From Mucilaginibacter sp. (GTDB lineage: Bacteria; Bacteroidota; Bacteroidia; Sphingobacteriales; Sphingobacteriaceae), in the NCBI GenBank assembly GCA_965200995.1, contig OZ241743.1: a DNA stretch of 64,000 nt; one strand, 5' to 3'. Each line of letters starts with the position of its first letter. The stretch's first letter is position 1. Positions 17,151 to 24,757 of this stretch are shown one piece after another. Under the pieces are notes generated by a model. It worked only from the letters and a program-made list of their open reading frames with translations. It was not told where the DNA came from and searched no databases. Both the position numbers and the translations under genes were made by a program.

Positions 17151-17625
17151 TAGTTTTACATATTTTTAAGAACCTCCGCATACACAGGACTGGCATGAAT
17201 TTACAAAATTTCGCCACCACAAGAGAATAACTAACGCTGCATTCATTCTACTCACAGCAAAATCTTCTGCCTGCCTGGCTTCGGGCATTAGTGATGCGCA
17301 TTCCTTATCCACTCCAAAAAGTGTAAAGGCAAAGTTTACACTTTTCAAAAAATATGGCATTTAAATTTCTCATAGTCAATACTTTACAAAAAAGCTGGGT
17401 TTACACTTATTAGAGCTTTTAGTTGTGAATTTAATGCAGTTTTTGCTCTCTGAACACGGATGATGACGCCACCAACCACAACTAGAATACCCCCCTCCTC
17501 CATTCACATCATATACTTCCTTACGACACTCTTAATGTAAAATAAACGTTACAATAAAACATTTATTCTACATGTTTTACCATTGTATTATCTTTGGGCT
17601 TTAGTCAACCCAAATCTTATCACTT

Positions 17626-18513
17626 TTGATACTTTTATCCTCAGGCGTAGCGTTACGCTCAACTATCGCAAAAAGTAAATTCCTGCTTTTTACTGCTTCA
17701 CTACTGTTATCATTCCCTGTAATTGCACAAAGGGCTGCACAACCGGCAAGGGCGGCCAAACCGGTGCAAAGCAGGTATCCATCGGCTTATCAGCCCAAAA
17801 AAGTAGTTAAACCGGTTAAAAAAAGTCACGTATCGGCAAACCGCTTATGGAACCGGTTTAATGCAGGCATTAATGGCGGGTTTGCCATAAACAAATTCAC
17901 CAGCAGCCAGGCCCATGCCGGTTACAATACAGGATATACTGCCGGTGTATCGTTAAATTATAAAGCCTACAAAAATTTCGGCTTACAGCTGGAGGTAAAC
18001 AGCTTGCAGCAAGGCGGCCAGCTGATCAGGTTTAAAGATGATACCCGCTACGGCCTGCCTGCAAACTTTCAGACACAAAACGTAAAAAACAGCTCCTACC
18101 ACCTGAACACGCTGGAAATTCCGCTGCTGATTAATTACAGCTTTAAAATAAAGCCGGATTGGGTGCCTGTTATCTATGCAGGCGCCAGTTATGCCTACAC
18201 CTATCATGTGGCCGAAAGCTATCAAAAAACCGGTAACCTGCTTACGGGGGAAAACTTTGTAGCCACTGTTAATGACTCGCAAACTGCAACTTCTTACTTC
18301 AACAGCAGCAGGCTCAACTTTATTGCCGGCGCTTCTGCGCAGCTGCCACTAACCGACAAACTGAAGCTCCTGATAGATTTCAGGTATGTGGCAGGTTTAA
18401 CGCCGGTAAGAGAGAACTACTCCTACCTGGAAAAGGTAGGCTTTGGAAGCGACGTAAGAGCCAACTCATTTATATCCCGCATAGGTGTAATTATGCCTTT
18501 AGGTAAAAAATAA
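17626..18513 (+). CDS. Outer-membrane beta-barrel (porin-family / OMP_b-brl) protein
   Basis: 295 aa with a TTG start. Signal peptide ending PVIAQ, alternating-hydrophobic strands and a terminal aromatic-rich strand (FISRIGVIMPLG). Confidence 0.7.
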   Translation: MILLSSGVALRSTIAKSKFLLFTASLLLSFPVIAQRAAQPARAAKPVQSRYPSAYQPKKVVKPVKKSHVSANRLWNRFNAGINGGFAINKFTSSQAHAGYNTGYTAGVSLNYKAYKNFGLQLEVNSLQQGGQLIRFKDDTRYGLPANFQTQNVKNSSYHLNTLEIPLLINYSFKIKPDWVPVIYAGASYAYTYHVAESYQKTGNLLTGENFVATVNDSQTATSYFNSSRLNFIAGASAQLPLTDKLKLLIDFRYVAGLTPVRENYSYLEKVGFGSDVRANSFISRIGVIMPLGKK

Positions 18514-18563
18514 AAAATTCACATATACATAAGCACAGTCTAATTCATTTCAATAAACGTTTT

Positions 18564-20030
18564 ATGAAACTTAAACTTACCACTCTTGGTTTAATGGCTT
18601 CGGCCATGTTAATAGCGGGTTGCGCTAAAGACAAATTTACAGAGCAGGATGCTATACAGGCACAAAAAGATCTGCTCAACCTGCAATATCAGCACGAAGT
18701 TGATATGGAAACCTTAAGGCAAAAAGGGGCAACCGCTTTGCAGCAACTGGTGAATACCGCTGCCCTTGCACAATTGAGGATGAGCGACAGCTTAAGCCGC
18801 GCCGGCGCTGTAGCTGCCAAAAAGCAAGATTATAGTGTAACCGTGGTAGACGTTGTTTCTAATGCTCCTATAAGCGATGCTGATGTTATGATATCATCTG
18901 AAGGCAAAATGGTAACCGCTAAAACCAATGCACAAGGTATAGCCACTTTTTCGTCATTGTATTTATTTCCTACCAGTGTGTTTATGGTTACTAAAACAGG
19001 GTATGCCGCTACACAGATATTACAGCAGAATATCACCCAAAATACCGCCAGATTATGGAACACATCAGATTTGAGCAACGAAATATCAGGAACTCTGTTT
19101 ATTGAAACTGATTTAACCAACAATATACCTGAAAATGTTGGAGAGAAAGTACTGGTTACGGCTACAGCCTCTATAAACAGCAGTAGTACATCAGGAACTT
19201 ATACCGTTTCTTTCCCAACTTATACTACTGCCACAGGCACTTACGCTATTAAAGTACCTGCGGCTCCTAATGGTTACACGCTGACTTTTGATCAAATTAC
19301 GGCCGACCAAAAGTTGTATGTAAATGCTATTGAAGGCGATGCTGCTACAAATTTTCCGGGAGCTACACCTCGCTCAACCACTTTACAAACTACTTTCAAT
19401 GTTAATAAGTTCAATGCCACTGTTCCGAATGTAAACAACTCGTTTTACTTTAAATTTGATGCAGATAGGAATGGCAAAGTTTTAACTATACCGGCCAACT
19501 CCTATTATAATAATTCAAATCAGTTTTTGGCATCGGCAGTTAACGGCAAGTACCAGTTAGAAAGAGTATCTATCGGCAGTTACTTTTATAACAGCAGTGG
19601 TAATTATGTTGATTATAGTAGCTATACTTATCCGGCCAACTCTAAAGTTAACGTGCAGATGGTTGATGTAACCGGCACAATAATTCAAACTGCTCCGTTG
19701 CTGGAAGCAACAACCGGTTCAAGTGGCCAGCTTACATCTGTATATACTACAGACAACACCAATACATTTTTTAATAATTATTATTCTTATGTATCTTTCA
19801 AAAGAGATAATGCAGGAAATATTGTTTCTAATGCCAAAGGGGTTATTTTGAAAACAAGCAGCCTATATGACTCTAGTTATAGTCTTTACAATTTGACGTT
19901 TACCAATAATTTGAACACCTCTACAGGTACTTACATAAACAATTCTTATTTGCTACCTAACAAAGGCGACAAAAAAATAGTGAACTTTTACTACGGTGCA
20001 GGAGAAAGCCGTGTGAAGCAAGTTTATTAA
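18564..20030 (+). CDS. Hypothetical lipoprotein with carboxypeptidase-regulatory-like (CarbopepD_reg) domain and S/T/N/Y-rich C-terminal region
   Basis: 488 aa. Lipobox MLIAGC. The segment YSVTVVDVVSNAPISDADVMISSEGKMVTAKTNAQGIATFSS...VTKTGYA resembles the Ig-like CarbopepD_reg fold. Confidence 0.65.
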   Translation: MKLKLTTLGLMASAMLIAGCAKDKFTEQDAIQAQKDLLNLQYQHEVDMETLRQKGATALQQLVNTAALAQLRMSDSLSRAGAVAAKKQDYSVTVVDVVSNAPISDADVMISSEGKMVTAKTNAQGIATFSSLYLFPTSVFMVTKTGYAATQILQQNITQNTARLWNTSDLSNEISGTLFIETDLTNNIPENVGEKVLVTATASINSSSTSGTYTVSFPTYTTATGTYAIKVPAAPNGYTLTFDQITADQKLYVNAIEGDAATNFPGATPRSTTLQTTFNVNKFNATVPNVNNSFYFKFDADRNGKVLTIPANSYYNNSNQFLASAVNGKYQLERVSIGSYFYNSSGNYVDYSSYTYPANSKVNVQMVDVTGTIIQTAPLLEATTGSSGQLTSVYTTDNTNTFFNNYYSYVSFKRDNAGNIVSNAKGVILKTSSLYDSSYSLYNLTFTNNLNTSTGTYINNSYLLPNKGDKKIVNFYYGAGESRVKQVY

Positions 20031-20046
20031 TCACCTTATAAAACTT

Positions 20047-20092
20047 AAAGCAGCAAAGCCGTTTCAAACCAATGAAACGGCTTTGCTGCTTT
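20047..20092 (+). terminator. 20-bp perfect hairpin after the lipoprotein gene
   Basis: aaagcagcaaagccgtttca aaccaa tgaaacggctttgctgcttt, 16 nt after the stop. Confidence 0.7.
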
Positions 20093-20236
20093 AATACTAA
20101 TGCGGTTTCCTGTTTCACTATATGCTGCGGTAATATTTTCAACCGGTCAACAGCAAACCTAATTTTCCGGCAATCAACTTAATATTTTAAAATAGCCGCA
20201 TTTAATTACCTACGTTTACTACGAAAATGTACAGGA

Positions 20237-20605
20237 ATGAAACAGCGGTTATTGATGATTAATGATGACCCTGAAATTTCACAACTACCAAACCTTACCT
20301 TTCAGGATGAAAGGCATAAAGGAATACAGTTTAACACCAGTAAGGCAACTGGTTATAGTTGCGAACCTAAACCTGCCCTGTTCATACAGAATATTAATAT
20401 TGCCAATTCTTATAAAAGCGGCATGGCCATCTGCACCGCTTTAAAGCCAGCGGTTAACATACAGGCGCTGCCCGTTATTCTGTTTTTTGCACAAGCCGCT
20501 ATTAAAGCGAACAGTTCATTTTGCAGTGCAGGCGCTTATGCACAAAGGCCCTTTAATGCAGATGAACTTTTATTACCGGTAAGAACAATGTTGTTCTCAG
20601 ATTAA
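20237..20605 (+). CDS. Stand-alone degenerate receiver (pseudo-receiver) domain protein
   Basis: 122 aa with CheY-like layout (RLLMINDDPEI ... PALFIQNINIAN ... LPVILFFAQ ... GAYAQRPFNADELL). N52 sits at the phospho-acceptor position, F replaces the conserved T/S, and R replaces the conserved K. Confidence 0.55.
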   Translation: MKQRLLMINDDPEISQLPNLTFQDERHKGIQFNTSKATGYSCEPKPALFIQNINIANSYKSGMAICTALKPAVNIQALPVILFFAQAAIKANSSFCSAGAYAQRPFNADELLLPVRTMLFSD

Positions 20606-20616
20606 AAAGATGCTGT

Positions 20617-21117
20617 ATGCCCAATACCCTAAATTTAGGAGCCAACCGGCTTGCGGAATATTTTATTGAACATTTGAACCGGATTTATTGCGCCAAGCTG
20701 CACATGGTGGAAAGGATACCTAAGATTGCTGAAAATGCAGACTTTTCTGATCTCCGGCATGCGCTCACCGAAACTTATGAAGATGTGGAATTGCAAATTT
20801 CCCGAATGAATGAAATATACAGGATCATAGATGGCTCTTACTCCAATGAAAGCCTTAAAAGTACCATAGGTGTATTCGAAGATGCTTTTGCCGCCATTAA
20901 TAAACACCGGGCCGATCCGCTACTGCGCGACCTGAGTATCCTGTTTTATATGCAGAACCTGGAAAGTATTGAAGTAGCCTCATTTAAAGTATTGCAGATT
21001 GCTGCTGTACAACTGAAAAACAAGCAGGTCAGCCAGCTGCTTCAGGAAAACTATGATGAGGCCCGTGATGACCGCGCCTTGCTGCTCATGATCAATGCCA
21101 GATATCTTAAGGGATGA
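20617..21117 (+). CDS. DUF892 / YciE-YciF ferritin-like stress protein
   Basis: 166 aa all-helical protein. The segments FIEHLNRIYCAKLHMVERIPKIAENA...LRHALTETYEDVELQISRMNEIY are typical of DUF892. Confidence 0.75.
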   Translation: MPNTLNLGANRLAEYFIEHLNRIYCAKLHMVERIPKIAENADFSDLRHALTETYEDVELQISRMNEIYRIIDGSYSNESLKSTIGVFEDAFAAINKHRADPLLRDLSILFYMQNLESIEVASFKVLQIAAVQLKNKQVSQLLQENYDEARDDRALLLMINARYLKG

Positions 21118-21250
21118 TACTTCAAATGAACCACATAACGGGCTCCCTGTATTAAAAGCTGTTGCGCATACAACCAGGTAACAGTTGCCTTTTTTACATG
21201 CGGTTTACGCCTCCACCGCCTGCCAATGCGTATATTTACAGTAACGAATT

Positions 21251-24200
21251 ATGACGCCCAACGCAGCAAATCAATACAACGAGAAATTTGAAAAGATACT
21301 GGCCGGCCTCAACAAAGAGCAGCTGGACGCAGTAAATAAAACCGATGGCCCCGTACTGGTGGTGGCCGGCCCGGGTACCGGTAAAACGCAGATTTTAGCC
21401 GCCCGCATTGGCAAAATCTTGCTGGAAACAGATGCCAAACCTAACGAGATTTTGTGCCTCACCTATACGGATGCCGGGGCGGTGGCTATGCGCAAGCGTT
21501 TATTTGACTTTATCGGTCCGGATGCTTATCGCATCAGCATATACACCTTCCATGCCTTTTGCAATGATGTGATACAGGAGAACCTGGAGTACTTTGGCAA
21601 GCTGAGCCTGGAGCCGCTGACGGATCTGGAATCGGCCATGCTGTTCCGCGAGCTGGTAGACGGCTTTGGCCCCGACCACCTGCTGAAGCGTTTTACCGGC
21701 GATATATATTTTGATATACCCCGCCTGCGCAGCCTGTTTTCCACCATAAAACGCGAGAACTGGAATTTGCCGCAAATTGAGCAGGCCGTACAGGAATACA
21801 TGGCCGATCTGCCCCACCGCGATGAATTTATTTACAAAAAAGCCAACGCGCCCAAAGGCATCAAAAAAGGAGAAGTAAAACAGGCCGCGGTAGATGCCGC
21901 CAAAGAACTGATGGACAAGCTGCTATGCGCCGTAGGCGAGTACAGCACCTATCAGGAAGCCATGAAAACCCGCAACCGGTATGATTATGATGATATGATC
22001 ATCTGGGTACTGCGGGCGTTTACCGAAACCGAGGCCCTGCTGCGCCGCTATCAGGAAAAATATCAGTATATACTGGTAGATGAGTTTCAGGACACCAGCG
22101 GCTCGCAAAACGAGTTGTTGAAATTTTTGCTGGCCTACTGGCATACACCCAATATTTTTGTGGTGGGCGACGACGACCAGTCGATTTTTCGCTTTCAGGG
22201 CGCCAACATGAAGAATATCCTGGATTTTGCCGGCGATTATGTGGAAACCCTGCAAACGGTAGTGTTAAAAAACAATTACCGCTCCAACCAGGCCATATTG
22301 GATATTTCGCGGATGCTGATCAACAATAATCAGGAGCGCCTCACCAGCCAGCTGAAACTGGACAAGAACCTGAAAGCTGCGCACCCCCGTTTTTTACAAA
22401 ACCAAGCAGAGCCGGTGGTACGCGAATACTTAAATCCCGATCAGGAAATTACGGATGTAGCCCTGCAGGTTAAACACCTGATTGACCAGGGTACCCCTCC
22501 TGCCGAAATTGCCGTAATTTACCGCAACCACAACCAGGCCGGGGAACTGATTCAGTATCTCGATCATCATAAAATAGCGGTAAATACAAAAAAGAAGGTG
22601 GATATACTCACCTTGCCTTTCGGCGAAAAAATCATCAACATTATGCGCTATCTGGCTATGGAGCTGGATATGCCGTACAGCGGCGATGAACTGCTGTTTG
22701 AGATAATGCATTATGATTTCTTCGATATTCCGCCTATCGAAATTGCCAAAGCCAGCATAGCCGTTTCTAAGGAAAACTATTCGGCCATGATGAGCAATAA
22801 GCCAAAAACTTCGCTGCGCCGCTATGTGAGCGAGCTAAGCCCGTCATCGCAATTGGGGCTGTTTGGCGAGGAGGAAACCAATGTAGCCATGCGCCAGCTG
22901 GTGAGCGATATTAACTTTCTGCTCAAGGCATCGGTAAGCCTGAGTTTGCAGCAGTTTTTCCAGCAGGTAATTACCTGCATGGGCATCCTCAAGTACATTA
23001 TGGAGCGCCCCAATAAGGGCTGGCACATGGAGGTACTGAACAGCCTGTTCAACTTTATTAAGGCCGAGAACCGCAAGAACACCGAGATTCACCTCAAACA
23101 CATCATCCAGACCATTGAACTGATGAAGCGCAACCGTATCGGGCTGGAACTGAACCAAACGATGTATACTGAGGATGGTGTAAACTTCATCACCGCACAC
23201 GGCTCGAAGGGGCTGGAGTTTGAGCATGTATTCTTAATTGGCTGTAACAAGAAAATATGGGATACCAAAGGCCGCAATAACAATTTTTCACTCCCGGATA
23301 CGCTGATGAATGCTTCAACTGATGAAAAAGTTCAGCAGGAGGAGGAAGGGCGCCGGTTATTCTATGTATCCTTAACACGCGCCAAGCAGTGTCTCATGAT
23401 CTCTTACCCGGCCAAAGACCGCAACGGCAAAGATCTGGAGCCTTCGCAGTTTGTAGGCGAGATACTGGCAGAAACACACCTGGAAACGCAATACCCCAAA
23501 GTAAGCGAGGAAGATATGATGGCCTTCTACCTCACCCAGTTTAATGAGGAGGATAAGCCTAAGGTGGAGCTGCTGGACAAGAACTACATTAATATGCTGC
23601 TGCAAAACTATGTGATCTCGGTAACCCACCTGAACACTTACCTGGATTGCCCGCTGAAATTTTACTTTCAGAACCTGATACGGGTACCGGCGGGCAGAAG
23701 CGCAGCTATGGCCTTTGGCTCGGCGGTGCACCATGCCTTGCAAAAGGTTTATAATAAGATGCAAAACCATCCGGAGAAAGAATTTCCGCCGGTAAACGAA
23801 TTTATGCGCGAGTTCAGGTGGTACATGAGCCGCAACCGCGATGCCTTTACCAGTGATGAGTTCAGGCTGCGCTCGGAGTATGGGGAGAAAATCTTACCGG
23901 TGTTTTATAACCAGAATGTAACCCGCTGGAATAAAAACGCAAAAGTTGAGCTGCCGGTGCGCGATGTAGTTATTAACGGCGTACCGGTAAAAGGCCACTT
24001 GGATAAGGTAGAATTTGATGGTAAGCTGGTCACCATTGTAGATTACAAAACCGGCAAAATTAAATATGCTAAAGAAAAGCTGGTACGCCCCGGTAATGCC
24101 CAGCCCAATGGCGGCGATTACTGGCGGCAGGCTGTGTTTTATAAGCTGTTAATTGATAACGACCGCACTAAAGACTGGCAGGTGCAAACCTCTGTATTTG

Positions 24201-24433
24201 ATTTTGTGGAGCCCCTGAACCCCGGCGAGTACCATAAAGAATACGTGCACATAAATCCTGAGGATGAGCAAACGGTTACTGATCAGCTAACTACAGTGTA
24301 TCAAAAAATTATGAAGCATGAATTTGATACCGGCTGCGGCAAAAAGGAATGCGACTGGTGCCACTTTGTGCGCAGCAACTTCAGGCAGCCGGGTAAGATA
24401 CTGGAGCGTACGGTTGATGATGGAGAGGAATAG
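21251..24433 (+). CDS. UvrD/PcrA-type SF1 helicase fused to a C-terminal PD-(D/E)XK (Cas4/AddB-like, Cys-stapled) nuclease
   Basis: 1060 aa. Walker A VVAGPGTGKTQ, VDEFQDTS, motif VI-like YVSLTRAK. The C-terminal domain has YLDCPLKF, GHLDKVEF, IVDYKTGK, QAVFYKLL and CGKKECDWC. Confidence 0.9.
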   Translation: MTPNAANQYNEKFEKILAGLNKEQLDAVNKTDGPVLVVAGPGTGKTQILAARIGKILLETDAKPNEILCLTYTDAGAVAMRKRLFDFIGPDAYRISIYTFHAFCNDVIQENLEYFGKLSLEPLTDLESAMLFRELVDGFGPDHLLKRFTGDIYFDIPRLRSLFSTIKRENWNLPQIEQAVQEYMADLPHRDEFIYKKANAPKGIKKGEVKQAAVDAAKELMDKLLCAVGEYSTYQEAMKTRNRYDYDDMIIWVLRAFTETEALLRRYQEKYQYILVDEFQDTSGSQNELLKFLLAYWHTPNIFVVGDDDQSIFRFQGANMKNILDFAGDYVETLQTVVLKNNYRSNQAILDISRMLINNNQERLTSQLKLDKNLKAAHPRFLQNQAEPVVREYLNPDQEITDVALQVKHLIDQGTPPAEIAVIYRNHNQAGELIQYLDHHKIAVNTKKKVDILTLPFGEKIINIMRYLAMELDMPYSGDELLFEIMHYDFFDIPPIEIAKASIAVSKENYSAMMSNKPKTSLRRYVSELSPSSQLGLFGEEETNVAMRQLVSDINFLLKASVSLSLQQFFQQVITCMGILKYIMERPNKGWHMEVLNSLFNFIKAENRKNTEIHLKHIIQTIELMKRNRIGLELNQTMYTEDGVNFITAHGSKGLEFEHVFLIGCNKKIWDTKGRNNNFSLPDTLMNASTDEKVQQEEEGRRLFYVSLTRAKQCLMISYPAKDRNGKDLEPSQFVGEILAETHLETQYPKVSEEDMMAFYLTQFNEEDKPKVELLDKNYINMLLQNYVISVTHLNTYLDCPLKFYFQNLIRVPAGRSAAMAFGSAVHHALQKVYNKMQNHPEKEFPPVNEFMREFRWYMSRNRDAFTSDEFRLRSEYGEKILPVFYNQNVTRWNKNAKVELPVRDVVINGVPVKGHLDKVEFDGKLVTIVDYKTGKIKYAKEKLVRPGNAQPNGGDYWRQAVFYKLLIDNDRTKDWQVQTSVFDFVEPLNPGEYHKEYVHINPEDEQTVTDQLTTVYQKIMKHEFDTGCGKKECDWCHFVRSNFRQPGKILERTVDDGEE

Positions 24434-24523
24434 ATTGTAACTAAAAACACAGACTAAAATTTTACTGTTACAGCACTCAGCATAATATTACCGGAGTTAC
24501 AACACACCCCTCTGCAGATTGAA

Positions 24524-24569
24524 CAGCATCTCTTACCTGATGATAATTATCATCAGGTAAGAGATGCTG
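24524..24569. repeat. 46-nt perfect palindrome (23-bp arms, no loop mismatch)
   Basis: cagcatctcttacctgatgataa|ttatcatcaggtaagagatgctg, 90 nt after the helicase stop. No T-run follows it. A third copy of the cctgatga core lies at 24702-24709. Confidence 0.85.
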
Positions 24570-24757
24570 CACTTACTTAATAATTTTATTAGGTACTTCA
24601 ATCAATAATACCCTAGTTGCAACATATTCAGTTACTTATATTTCAGGTAATATATTATTTGATTATATTTGATTAACCAATTTAACCGGCGAGTAATCCT
24701 GCCTGATGACATATCCAAGGTTTCTTGCTAAAATGCACCTTAGTAAAATGTACCGTT

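Noticed and set aside
17166-17360. 64-aa minus-strand ORF in the gap after the membrane-protein gene
   Set aside because: It has no recognisable features. Its 5' part is simply the translation of the 11-bp inverted repeat (KSVNFAFTLF), and its codon pattern is unconvincing. I treat the region as non-coding.
21251-24433. Helicase-nuclease as a phage-defence gene (Gabija GajB-like, Nhi-like)
   Set aside because: It is a single gene with no ATPase or nuclease partner, no neighbouring defence or mobile genes, and housekeeping flanks. The domain order and Fe-S staple fit AddA/AddB-type repair enzymes better. I cannot exclude defence without distribution data.
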